A stretch of DNA of 64,000 nucleotides from contig OZ116708.1 in the NCBI GenBank assembly GCA_964199315.1, forward strand, positions 16,740,001 through 16,804,000, written 5' to 3'. Position numbers and translations under genes: made by a program. The notes beneath the pieces are model-generated. The model was not told where the DNA came from, ran no database searches, and saw only the letters and a program-made list of their open reading frames with translations. The DNA is from Orbicella franksi. Its lineage: Eukaryota. Shown piece after piece: positions 51,301 through 64,000 of the stretch (positions are counted from its first letter, which is position 1; every line of letters begins with the position of its first letter).

Positions 51301-54300
51301 TGTGTTGTTGGTATTTTTGTCGCACTTTGTGCATAGTCTTTACATAAATGGATACTGGTGAGTACATAACCTGTCCAGTCCCCCACCCCACTTATTGATA
51401 TTATTAGTACATAACCTTATTGGTATTGTTTGTGCAGAGATGTCATGTTTTTTTTTGTATTTCAGTTATGACATAACATAGTTTTTCAGTAAGACAATAT
51501 AGCAGTGCAGAGTAGCACTGAGATGATCTTTTTTTACTGAAGTGCATAGCATTACTTGTTGTTTCTTGTTTGTAATATGTCAACAAAGCTGAACAGAAAA
51601 TATGAACCTTACCTAATTAAACTCAGTTAGTTGTCAAGGTGTTGATTTAAGAGAACCACTTAATTTAGAGCAATTCACCAAAATGGAACAAGAAGGTAGT
51701 TTTGCACCTACATCTTGAGCAGAGTCACAAAGGCAAAACTGTGATCAGTCGGTACGCATCTGTTTCCTGTACGCTTTCATTCATACCATAGTTGGTTGTA
51801 GTCATGGCTTACCAAACAGTCTAGAAAAGGAAGTTTTCCATTGTCTTTGTTTTCTTTGGTAAACTGGATGTGGTCGTTCTGTTCATTAAGGTGTTTGTGA
51901 ATAGTGCCATTTTTGCCTTTGTGACTCTGCCTAATGCTTAACCTACAGTACAAACTACTTTCAACGACTGATGCTGGAAAGCTAATACAAGTTAACATAG
52001 AGCAAACACCTCTTAACAGATGACTTATTCACAACATAGATGAAACTGAAAAATGGACTACTCACAGACCCACTTAATTTGACTAACAATAGACGGATCA
52101 AAACTTACCAGAACCCACCAATGACTGCTGATGAAATTTACACGAGTCTTACAGCCAATACCATCATGGCTAAACTGACCAATCACTTTCAACTGAGCAC
52201 ACTTACAACACCATCGATTGACAAACACTATTCACTTGACTCTGAAGATGACTTCCGCTCAGAACTACCCTCACCTGGACGATCACACAAGACCAACTAC
52301 TGATACTCCTGGGTTCAAACCATTTACTATGTATCAATCTCAGCTAATCAGTATTTTGTGTCCAAAATTTGGATGCACCAAGTCAAAATTCAAAGTGGTG
52401 CAGGTAGGCTCTTCCCCTTTTCTCTCCTTTCAGTTGCCATGCAAAGAGCCTTCTTGCAGGCTAGTCAGGCCCTACAGAGGGGATTTTGACCACAAATTCT
52501 TCTTAAAAGTCAAATGCCCCACATATGCCTGGGGTACCCAGCTTGGGCTTAACATTGACATTTCCATAAACACTAAATACTAGTAGGTATCCTGGCTATT
52601 GTAGAGAGGTGGCAGTTAATAATGTTTCAACTGTCATTTTTATTGGATGGCTGTCTTGAGTGGCTTTCTCGCTTTTATTTAGTTCATTGAGTACGTAAAT
52701 GTACAAAATTTGTGGTTCATATGTAAATCAGAACTTGCGGTATGTACTTTTATATTTGTATATTAAAATTATGTGCTTTGCCAGGTTCGACAAGGGTTTA
52801 TTTATGATGAGGACCAAAAGGCAGTTACAAAGTCAATCAGGGACCGCATTGCTCAAGTAATGCTGAACCGGCGTAATGCCAAACGTGAAGCCTCTGGTGA
52901 GGACAAAAAAGAAAAGGAGAAGCAGGATATTGATGAGCAGGTCACTAAAACAGAAGGAGAGGACAGTGATAAAGAACAGCAGTCGGCTGAATTAGATAAG
53001 GAGAAAGATGACCAGGAAGAGATGGAGTACAGTGAAGAGCCTGAATCATCAACTGCAATTGCAATAAACATCCAGAACAGTTTCAGTGGTGGAAGGCGCA
53101 TTATTGATCCTCTGATGCAAAGGTTGGAGGGAATTGCAGAATATGGAGGCAGTCCACATGCCACAATTGATGAGAGTACAGTTCCAGCTCCCCAGGATAC
53201 TGCTGAAAAGGTTTGGGTTGTTTGAATTTCCTGAATTACCTAAATTATTATTAAGAGTTTCCTGCATTGATCAGGTAAGAGTTTTCTGTGTTGAGTGATT
53301 TTAATCTGATACCCAGATTGTTTCTTAATCAGTCTTTGGAAGGAACTAGGACTCATGTTGATGTGACATATAGTAACAAACTGTCGATTGCCGATAAATA
53401 TGTTTTAAACTAACTTGCTTTCAGAACTTGCAAAATGCAAACCCTGAGTTGAATGCATTTCTGAAAGGCTTTCAGTCTATTTTAGTGGAGCTCCTGCATG
53501 CCACAGGTGCATGAGCAGAGCTCCATTGCTTAGCAAAATTTGGTAACCCATTGATGAAAAAATTTTGGTTGCCACGTGATTGTCTGTTCATACATATGTG
53601 TGTACGTCTGTCTGTACATCCGTTCGCACCCTTCATGTAAATCAATGTGAAATGACGCTTCGCAACAACCTAGTTCTCAAGGCTTTTCCCTTAGAAATTA
53701 GAAGGGGTGGGTTTACAGCATACATTTTTTATATTGGGCATCCATGTTATGTTCAATTGACAGCTGTCAAAACAAGATATCCACTGACCATTATCTCGTG
53801 ATAATATTGCAGGTTCATGGTTAGAGCTCATCGGGGTTACATGTTTTTTTTTAAGTTGACCAATGCTCAGGTACAGGTTTTTGATTGGATCGCAGGTTCA
53901 AGCCAGGTTAACTTATTGTAATCAGGAGCTCTGCTTTTAGGCTTGGCTAAATCTATATATTAGACCTTTCCTGGGTGCCTGGCTGATTGTGTTGCTGAAA
54001 ATAAATAACATTGTCAAAGGCCAAACCCTAATCAAAGGGGCTGCTCTTCTTTTGACAAAGGCATTTATGTTAATGAATGAATGAATGAATGACTTTATTA
54101 ACAAAACTAATTGGGGACACTATTTACACAATAAAATTGATTACTTTTAGTAGTAACTAATAACTTTGTGCTTATTTTACAAACCCTTTCACTCATTGAC
54201 AGGCAATAGTTCAATACTATGTTAGCAAAATTGTAACATAAACTGCTTCTTGTTCCTTAACAGAAAGTAGACAGTGTAGTAGAGGAAAAGCATCAAGACA

Positions 54301-57300
54301 TGCTACCTGGAACAGAGCCTAGTACAAACATTACAGTATCTCCACAGGTATGTACTCAGAAGTGTCTTTGCTTGTTTTACTTTAGCAATACATGAAAGTA
54401 TTTGATTCAAGTGAGAGCATATGTTTATTAAGTAGACCTTATTTTGTGAACAAAATAGTACTCAATGGAGAATATTTGCTGATGAATTTCTGGAATGGCA
54501 TATTTTGAGATGACTGACCAATGACAAAATCAGTGAGCAGAAGTGCTCATGGAATGTTAAGACCATCTAAATTTAGTCCTGAAATGCTGCTGAAATTTTC
54601 TTTAATTGATCTCTCTGAAGAAAATACTACAAACTGGAATTTTTGGCTAGATCCCAGTACCTAGTCAGTTGCCGATCGTGTGAACAGCTGAAAAGGATTC
54701 ACTGATTCTGTAAACATTGTAAAGTGAGCAGAGCATAACTTTATGACCAAAATTTTCTGACTCTCAGAAGTAATGAAATTTCATGAGGCCCAATCTGAAA
54801 TGATACATCGCCCAGTATTGATGTAATATGAATATTCTTGTCAACAAGTTTTAAATTGTTTACCTTGCATTGTACGTGCCATTTTTCTCAAAACAGTTCT
54901 GATGGATAAGCCTGTTTATGGTAACTTTTTTCCTTCCGTAAGTAACGACATCTCCCTGCAAGTAACGACAGGAAAAGGCTGCCAAATCAAAAGTAATGTT
55001 GGTAGTTACTTTTCTGAACTTTACACCACTTACATGTGTGATTTAAATTTGCACCCTTTTTAGGAGGTAGAACCTTTGCCTTCATCAGCTCTCACTACCC
55101 CTACTGAAACAACATTCAGCACTGCTATCACTGAAACTGCCTCTGTATCCTCGGGTTATGTCTCGAGTGCTTCATCCTTGTCATCAGTCTCTTCTGTAGT
55201 ACCGTCAATAAACGAGGTTACATCCTTGGGATCTGCTGGATCCCCCACTTGTGGAAGCCAGAGCTCTACAACTAATGTCACCTTGGTACCTGCCCCAACA
55301 GCATCCTCAGAGAAAAAGGACGGCAAAGGAGCTGTTAAAACAGGAAAGAAGGAACGACTACCCAGAATTCAGTTGAAAAGAATCGAGGGTTCTCCAGAGG
55401 GACCAGTGGTTGAGTGTAGTTTTGACACCTACAAGAATAACAGGATAACGTTTAAATTTGGCATTGATGATGATGAGCCAGATGAAGTTTCTGCAAACAT
55501 GGTAAGTCACTTGATTAAGATTCACAAAGAGTGAATTGAATATGACTGAAGGATTTACTATAGGATTATGGGATTATATTATTGGTCATGCTACAGTTTC
55601 CAGCACTTTTCCAACAGCTATACTTTGACGGATGAACACTACCACTGTTTATCATTAAAGGCTAAAGATTAACGACTGTCTGGCACTGACTACCACTGTT
55701 TATTATTATTATCAAGTGATACTACAATATTGGTGTCACATATATACACATAAACGACAGGTAAAATGTGAATGACATTGTCGAAGACTGTAGTTCAGGC
55801 AGTTGAAAGCTTGTAATTTTTAATCCTTTCAGCCAGAGATCGTTTTAATTTTCTACCCAAATATTGTAAGATATGCATTTCAATGACAAGAAGCTGCAAG
55901 ACATTTTGTGAATCATCCAGCCAGAAGCATTTCCAATATTGGAATGACAGCTCTCCAAATACATCTGATGGCAAAGCCGTGTTTGTTGCCAGACAGTCAT
56001 TAATCTTTAGCCTTTCATCAAATGCTTTTCTTGTTTTGTATAGTTAATCATGTCTAACTAGAGGATTTACCCTACTAGCACTACTACTAGCAATTATTTG
56101 AAAATATTCTCCCAAAAATGCACGAGCCTTTTAGGTGAGTGCAATTTGAAAGATTTTTCAAGTATCTCGAGTACTGTAAATCCTTAATTGCTGGAGCTAT
56201 CATACGATTACTAACTTGTTGCTTGTATGACTAAAAAAAATTATGAATGTGCATGTGTTCATGCGCATTGCAAGTTAATTTTTATTTGCCCAGCAGTGAT
56301 TGAGCTTCTTGTTTACTTACATTTTTTTTACTTACTAATAGATGGAAGCAGGCCATTTGCAAGAGTGTAACAAACCGCTGTTTGAAGATCAGCTTCGTCG
56401 AATAATAGCTGAAGCCAAGGAAAGAGTACTTAAGGCCAAAAGCCATCCTGGAGCGGAGAGCACAGGTGAAAGAGCAGTGCTGGAAACCCAGATCTCATCA
56501 GAAAGCCTTAGTGTAGGGGCCTCATCACAACAGGTAATGTGTACGGGTTTTTTATTGGCTTGATTGTCATAGGCTAAAGTTCAGTGGAATACCAATTTTT
56601 TCGAACCTCTAAGGGAAACGAAAATTTGTTCGCAAAATCGAAGAGTTCGAGAAATCGGAGGTAAACTTGCAGTGTTTGACTGAGAAGAGATAACAACTTT
56701 TGGTTCAAGTTATGGTGTGTTTCGAAAACGTGAGAGTTTGCGAAATTGTGATTCCACTGTATATACCTTTAGAGGTGTCTCCAGTCCTAAACATTTAACA
56801 CCCTATGTTTCCTTCAATATTTACTTGATTTCCATAGAGTTTTGTTTTACCTTGTTTTTGGCAATGGCAGTTGTAAGCTATTTTTGGGCCTTGAATGAAA
56901 ATACACACATAAAACGCTTCAAACTGCTAAGATTATGTCTTGTCAACTTCTGTCCCTTCATATTCTGTAAGGGGTAAAGGCCCAGCTGACTATTAAGGGA
57001 ACTGCAGGGGGCGAGGACCTGTGTGACTATTGTATCGGTGCTGTAAATTGCACCCTGCACTATCTGAGATTGTCTCACTAGTTTGCCTATAGGACAGTCC
57101 ATACCCCAGGAGAACAGATGTGGCCTTCAATGAGGTCCAAAAGATACTAATGAATTTTGTCCTGATCGATTGTTAAACACTAGTTCTTCATGTTAACACA
57201 AGGGGATTTAAACCCATGACTTGTGCGATACGAGTGCAGTAACTGAACTATGAAGCGGACTGGGAGCTGGTTACTTTGCGAATTCATAATTTACCCGTAA

Positions 57301-60300
57301 ATGGTTAAGAATGCAAGTGAATATGCGAAAGATCATAGATTTGAACTGCGGAGAAAAATATAACGACATGAATGATCGTGTATTTTTCGTGTAAGAAAAG
57401 GGACATCAAATCAACCAATGTTGGTATTGGTCCGTTTTCTTTCAAGTGGCACGGTTCCAGAGGTCACTTTGAAAATCAGCACTGACTCAGAGTCCTTTTA
57501 ATGATCAATTCGCAAATTGTACTCAGTGAATGATCTTAAATAGCGGTATACACTTTTCCCATGTCTGCTTTTTTAGTGAACATAGTCAACATACCCGGGA
57601 TAGCATCTGATAAAAGAGAACGATTCTAGCCTGCAGTGACGAGTACACTTTGCCATAGATTGTTATCATTGATGACCTTCTATCTATACCCAAATTACTG
57701 AGCAGGTGTTACGGATAATGCTTAAAACAACGTGTAAAACGTTTAATGTTTACTGTTTGAACTAAATACTCAGGACTTTCTTTTGATTTTCTAGTCACTG
57801 GAGAGCCCTCATCCAAGAGAGATCCCTTTCTTTATGGATAGTCCTGCAGCTTCCAGCAAAGTGGAGGTAGCCTCACCTCAACCCGAAAATGAACTCCCTG
57901 TTTCCGAAATATCACAGCCGGATGAAAAGCAGTCAACCTTGACGGTATCTGAACAAAAGGTCGAATCTCCTGAGCAGCCTCCTGATGTAGTATCTCTGGC
58001 ACAACAGGCATCATTGCCCGCAAAGGCAGAAGAAAAAGCCAAACAGCCAGTTGTGTTGAATCCTGTGCCTCACCAGCAAGTTCAGCAACCTCAAGAAAAC
58101 AAGCCCGTTTCTACTGCAGAAGGGAACACAAATATGGGTAAAGATTCTGCGAGTTTTGAGGCCGAACTAAAAACTGGTCAGGATCTTGTCCAAGAGATGG
58201 GTTTAATGGAGCCACTACCACTGACGCCAAAACCAGTATCTGAAGAAACAAGTTCACAAACTGCTGCTAATTCAGCCACTCAGAGTGACAGAATTGAGAC
58301 AGCACACTCGCCTGTTAGCATGTTGCAGTCTGTAATACCTCCTCCAGGAGCCACTAAAAAACGCTTTACTGTTAGGAAAGTTGACGATCCTGTTTTAAAC
58401 GTTGTGCCATCATCAGAAAGCAAATTAGAGAACAATGAACCTGAACCACCGTCATTCGTGAACACAAGTAGCAATACAGACCAAAACTCTGAATGTGAAC
58501 ACATTCCAAGAAAACCTGAATCAGAATCTCAGCAGGAACTATCTGATGACGCGGCGGTATTGCATGCTCATTTGGAAAGAGAAGAACAATTATGTCTCAC
58601 GCAGCAGGTGGCTGGTGATACTAGCAGTTCGAAACAAAATTGTCATGCCGACAAATCAGACATTGGGCAATCGTCATCTGCTTTGCACGAAGGTGAACAA
58701 TGGGAAAAAACTTCAAAAGCGGATGTTAATTGCCTACAAATCATACGTACATCGAGCACTTATAGACCACCAACTCCAACATATGCTTTTCGTCCTGTTG
58801 ACAATTCCAGTTCGGAGGATCAAGCTTTACTGCGGAACACTGTAAAATTTGAATCTCAGATATCAGGAGAGGAACTTAATCCAGGCAAGCCTAAAGTTGA
58901 ATCTGTTTTATCATCAGACGATGAGCTGCCAGTGAGTGCTCCCGCTGAGAAGGAAGGAGTATCATCCTTTGTGAATGAATTTGTTCAGGGAAGATTCATT
59001 GTATCTGCGTCTTCTGACAGGCCTGACACACCGTCTTCCGAGAGTTCAGACCAAGCTAAACATCCGTTACAACCTGTGGAAATAACCCTTCATGATGTAA
59101 CAACTGCTGCTGGTATGGGATCGAATTCATCATTGACACCCAGCTCGTCAATGGAAAGCCTAAACTCCGTTGGCTCTCAGCCAGGTTTGCAGTATGTACA
59201 TGCGTTTTCCAGCTCACCTCAGACCATTCTCCCCGAGGGACAAAGTTCAAATAATCTAGTTACAGGGTCTAATAAAGATCAAGTAAGAAAGAACAGTGGG
59301 CCAAATGATTTGCTCAATGATATTAGTAGACAGTCACTTGGAAAGCAGGAAGGAGATCAGGTATGAATGCTGTTTTTGTTGTACCTAACCCCTCCGTGCT
59401 ATCGCTAACAGCATGGCTGCCTTAATCCCCCGGCGAGCTGCATATTTTGTGAACTTTCTATTCCTGCAATCCGACATCCTGAACTGGAGTTCAGCACTAC
59501 GCTTCCTGAAGCCAGAGATGCAACTTTTTCTGGGGGGCTTCGGAAAAAAGATATATTTATATATTATTTTAAAAAAAAAAGAAAGATAAGAAAGGGTTTG
59601 CACTTGTGAAATATGAGGCGTGTTTTATACCTGACAGAAGTTAATATTTTCTGTTTCAATTCTCAACAGAAGAAACTAGTTCAGAAAACAAAATCCTTGC
59701 AGCAGTCCCAAACAGGCTTCGAACAGATACTGCAGATCTCATTGGATTTATCTTCTGAAGAAGAGGATGAATTGAAGAAACTCCGTGCAAGGTACGGAAG
59801 TATCTGTTTAAAAAGGACTAAATATCATGGGGTCATTAATACGGCAGAATGCTAAAGATGCCGACCCGCCAAGTTTACACATTTGACATCTACAATGTAT
59901 GCCCGCGATCTAACTTAAAACTCTTAGCAGTATTCAAAAGTCATCTTAACCAATTTATTTCGACAAGTGGGGAGCACACTTGATCTTAGTATTTTACCTC
60001 CTGACTCAATTGTCTTTTTTTTCTTTTGACAGACAACGTAAAGAAAAAGATGAGCTGGAGAAAAAGCACGAAAAGGAATTGTCAACATTCAAGAAGAAAG
60101 TTGAAAACAGGAAACTGCGTCAACACAACCAACGGTCACAACAACAGCAACAACAATTAAAAGATGCGTTTCAGGCTCAGATGAAGAAAGAAAAGTTGAA
60201 GGAACAACAGCAGGGTATGGTACAACGACACAAGAGCAGCATTGAAGAGCCGGTAGTAGAGCCCACAGACCATTCTAAGATCAATGGATACAGCCCTGAA

Positions 60301-60963
60301 ACGTTGTCAACCAACTTGAGCGTTTCTAAAAAGTCTTTCTCTGGAATCGATAAAGAAATCGAACAGTTAGCTCAATTTGAAAGCAAGACGAAGAAGAAGC
60401 CCCCGTCATCTGCAGTACCAGGACAAGTGTCGGCTGGAAAAATGGAGCCAAAGTTAAGTCTTAATCAGATTAAGGTGAACCAGCTTCAACGGGAACGTGT
60501 GGTACCCACTGAAGTGCCTCCAGGACAAACTGTTACAACCCCTGGGTCCACAAGAAGTGGGTCCCAGGTGGCGTCTCAAACAACGGTCTCCCAGCAACCT
60601 CTAGGCTCTTTTTCTGGACCAAGAAATACCAGTTATTCTAATTTACAGGGGCCCCAGGGTGTCCAGGTGCCTGCGACTAGTTATAGCGGTGCAGTCGTCA
60701 ATGGACCATGGCCCAGTGGCCCTGATAACGTACAATGGGCTCCAAGCATGGAAGATCCTCAGTGGCATCCTGTTGCAGAGCCCCAGCCGCCATGGCCGGC
60801 GGGGACGGAGGGCACTGCCTGGCCAGTAACAGTTAATTCTGGGTCAAACTCTAGTGGACAGTATGTTGTGAGAATGTCACAGCCGTTTGTTCCTGCTGCA
60901 AATGTGGCAGGTCAGCCTTATGTGGTGCAAACTGTGCCACATCAGCAAATGCCCCATCGGTAG
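42386..60963 (+). CDS. WNK: WNK serine/threonine kinase, about 1656 aa, 13 exons: 42386-42712, 42826-43001, 44468-44688, 45567-45724, 46329-46417, 48600-48840, 52785-53210, 54264-54347, 55064-55501, 56342-56533, 57795-59360, 59670-59791, 60033-60963
   Basis: Catalytic Lys in the G-loop ([11 protein letters not shown]), Cys in beta3 (VAWCELQ), [27 protein letters not shown]. Two CCT-like domains (exons 6-7 and 9-10), RFTV (58362-58373), RFIV (58992-59003) and a C-terminal coiled coil. All introns are GT-AG with consistent phases; the summed CDS is 4971 nt. Confidence 0.95.
44864..45025. mobile_element. MITE in WNK intron 3
   Basis: TIR TAGAGCGGTTTTCAATTGAGTGT / ACACTCAATTTAAAACTGCTCTA. Confidence 0.75.
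50090..51000 (-). mobile_element. Decayed Mutator-like transposase relic in WNK intron 6
   Basis: With stops and frameshifts: [60 protein letters not shown]. This matches the DG.W..R..S..G / K.C..C / GSS.AME pattern I recall for invertebrate Mutator-like transposases. Confidence 0.6.
51770..52262. mobile_element. Rearranged Penelope-like relic in WNK intron 6
   Basis: Minus-strand RT piece [30 protein letters not shown] abuts a plus-strand 3' piece (LMLES..EQTPLNR; CACTTGACTCTGAAGATGACTTCCGCTCAG). Confidence 0.65.
56582..56759. mobile_element. Tc1/mariner-type MITE in WNK intron 10
   Basis: CAGTGGAAT.. / ..ATTCCACTG termini, followed by TA on the right, with internal TTCGA motifs. Confidence 0.65.
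57203..57380 (-). mobile_element. tRNA-derived SINE-like repeat
   Basis: GGGATTTAAACCCATGACTTGTGCGATAC..AACTGAACTA is the reverse of a decayed tRNA head with a B-box, followed by the family body TTTGAACTGCGGAGAAA. Confidence 0.55.
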
Positions 60964-62261
60964 TATTTGGGTATTTCAGATTATTTTGTTCGTGTTGAAT
61001 TAAGATGAAAAAAAGCAAGAAGTGCTCTTGAATTTTATATTAAGAGAGAAATTGATTACAAGCCCATGCCACCATGGTTTTGCATGCTTTTACCGTACGG
61101 TAAAGAAATAATACGACCCACTGGGCTAACTCGGAAAGAAACGGGCAAATAAAACATGGCTTGTAAGCCTTAAGCCGATCGGCATGCAAAACTAGGCAGT
61201 AAATCAAGAGTGCTTCATATTCGCACACAACTAGACAATTGAAAAGGAAATGTAATTTATATGTTGCACAAACTTGTAATGTACTGAAGCTTGGTATATT
61301 TTTGTTAGTTCTCAAGGCATCAGAGGGCCTACCCACTGGGGTCGGCAATAGCCATATTATTTTTACTTTACCTATACAGAAATAAGATGACATTAGAATT
61401 GAAAAAAAAAAATACTGGATAAAGCATATTTGTAAGCATTGGTACATTGATTGTGGAGCGGATGCATCATTTGAAAGAACATTTTGCAAAGAATATTTTG
61501 AAGTAATTTCGGTTTTTTTTTTTTTTGTTCTTTAAAGAATTTGTATTGAAGCGTTGTGTACTAATTCTGTGTTTGAGGTGACTTGGCGAATGTTTTTCCT
61601 TGATCAAGTATACTGACAAAATGGTATCTGTCTTTGCAGTTACTTCTGAACATAAACTTAGCCATGTGAGCTCAGCAATAGGAAAAGTAACGGAAAGCAG
61701 TTTTGTTTTATGCCCACAGTTCTTCCTTAGAAAGGGCACTTTTGAAAACCCTAACGGACCCCGTTATGCAGAAGTTCTTAAATGAATATATCCAACCTAT
61801 CTTATAGCCAAGCAATATCTAGAACATGAACATTTCTATTGTACTACCAGAAGGCTTTGTATAATTGCTGTGGCAACTGTTTCTGTAGGCTTCAGTGATG
61901 CACTGTATCACGAAAAAAGGAAAAGTAAAATGCTACATTGTAATTATCAGTAGCCCCCTTGAAAACTTAAGTTTCTAGATTGGAGGAAAAGAGGTGTTCA
62001 TTACATTTGCTGATATAGCGAAGGCCTTGAAATCATTGTACGTGTGCTTTAGGTAGAGAATAAGTCGTTCATATGTTCACTCTGGGTTCTTTTTGGCGCA
62101 TACCAGAATTTTGTAGTCTTTCCAGGGACGATTTTGACTCGGCTTCGTCTTTCATTTGAATAAAATTGAATCATTCTTCCATAAGCGTATGCTGTTTTGT
62201 TGTTAGAAGTTAAGGCCAAAGTAGTACGTGCGACATATTCTTCCACTTGTAATGCAGCAGT

Positions 62262-64000
62262 TTAAGAGCCACTGCCCACAAATATGGACCAAACACCGGC
62301 ACAAGTCGAAAAATCGATTTTGCTCATTTTTTACCCATAGATTGGCCCTAGCCAGAGAATAAACGGACCATAGTTAGTTTCTGGTAATACAGCTTTTTTT
62401 GGAAGAAATTTGGGAAAAACGATTTCGCCCCGATTAAGCTCAAAATCTACTTCCAGTTATGCTGAATTTTCTGAAAATTTAATTGCTTCGCGCGTCGCAC
62501 AACAGCTACTTGAGAATCTTTCAATGGTTATTATATTCAGCTCAGGTCTTCATGGTATGACTGAGTGAGAAATAAAATAAATCGAGGTTTCGTTTGAGCC
62601 CAAAACGAGATCGAACAGAAACGCAAAATATTACAATGTGTTGCAAACGAATTATAGCACTAAAATATCACCATATTTTTCTATGGGCTATAACTTTAAA
62701 TGCCACAAAAACACTTTCTACGGGTTAACTATACACCCACCTGTTTGAAAATCAAAAAACATCTCAGGGCAAATGGTTTTAAGTCACCCGCCTTGGCCTG
62801 TGCCTTTCATAAATTTTCCCCTGAACCGCCGTGGGAATGTAAACAATTGCGTGACGCGGGCGGTCACCCTGAATATACAATTCGTTTCCAACAAACTGCA
62901 GATAGCTATCTTTGAACATTTGGATGGAAAAAAAAAAAAAAAAGAACATAATGGACAACTTTTAACTTTAATAATTTGAAAGGCCTCGCTTTAGAAATTT
63001 CGTTAATTAAAAACGCCAATTAAGAGCGATTCACTTGGAGCTCGGGTGTAACCGCTATGTCATTTTAAGCTGTTCTTTCTTTGATCATTTTAATTACAAG
63101 AACGAGTTCTAGAAAGAAAATCGTTCAAATTTCATTTGTCAAGCGTAATAACAAGTTGATGTTGTTGGTTTGTAGCCTTACGTGATCTGAAGGAACACTA
63201 CAGTGATTAAATTTGCATTTGTTGATTTCGACGGATCGATTCTCGGTTAAGATGATTTCCGCAGAACATTCGAGCAATAATGGCAAAAATTAAGTTACCA
63301 AAAAACCCAATAGCATGGTTATATTTTGAACACAGTAAAGAAGAACTTATTGAGACTAAAGCTCTCAAGCTGACCCCGCGAGAGAAAATTGAACTTGAAG
63401 TTATCCATCAGAATTTCAGTTAAAACAGACGCTTCGCTGTAGTTAAAAACACAATAACACACGCTTTAAGCATTCTTACGAGGTTTGCATGACTTTAACT
63501 TTCTCGAGAATGCTTGAGAATTTAATCGCGGGGTCAGTTAGAGAAATAAAACTAGAGTGAGTTGTTTTAAATAGTATTCCAAAAGTTACCCTGCTACGAG
63601 TAGGGTTTTCGTAAATAATTTTTGTACGTATTGCCCGAACTTTGAGCGGAATCCGTCTTAAACGTCTTTATTTGTGCCAGGCAGCTTGTCGACATTTGGT
63701 GCCTTTTCTCCTTCTAAAAGGTCGGAAAAAGCAAACTAAACAAATCCTAAAAGTTTAAATCATAAATAAGAGACATCAACAGTGCCAGTGTCTCGGTAAG
63801 CTATTAATTTGAACAATTACTGTGCTGGACGGATTGCTTTCCAGGTTACGCATATGCTGTACATATAGTTTATTTGTGTGCGAATGTTTCTTCTCAAACA
63901 ACTGAACTGCTCAATAATATTATCTTGACAGATTTTTTTTTCTTCAGTCTTAAAACTTCGGGTTTGGGTTAGGCTAAACCCTAAACTGTTTTGGCGGCCA
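62262..64000. mobile_element. Probable long non-coding repeat/transposon sequence running to the window end
   Basis: Abrupt change to CpG-retaining, ORF-less sequence starting at TTTAAGAGCCACTGCCC. No partner terminus identified within the window. Confidence 0.3.

Noticed and set aside
59667-59672. CAGAAG tandem (NAGNAG) acceptor at WNK exon 12
   Set aside because: Would change a single Lys; common and unremarkable without transcript data.

Overview
AT-rich eukaryotic genomic DNA with GT-AG introns. The repeat landscape resembles what I recall of anthozoan (probably stony-coral) genomes; that taxonomic call is inference. Host genes I could build by hand: the last two exons of a CUB-domain protein with a GPI-signal-like tail (+), MANBAL (+), an intronless class-A GPCR (-), a 4-exon HES/hairy bHLH-Orange gene (+), an SLC7 LAT-family amino-acid transporter whose whole transmembrane core lies in one exon (+), and a 13-exon WNK kinase of about 1656 aa (+). 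The rest is dense with MITEs, SINEs and decayed Penelope, BEL/Pao, L2/CR1, Harbinger and Mutator-like relics. No rRNA, true tRNA or CRISPR array was seen. Most notable observations: (1) a transposase-less foldback-like element with long modular TIRs and an exact 10-bp TSD, part of a four-level nested insertion stack inside a Penelope RT; (2) a HES protein whose WRPW is followed by a 9-aa extension; (3) an SLC7 light chain lacking the heavy-chain disulfide Cys and the usual C-terminal tail; (4) a Trp-every-9-residues repeat near the WNK C-terminus. Gene models are hand-built from splice consensus and reading-frame continuity, without transcript data. I found no single multi-gene novel system.
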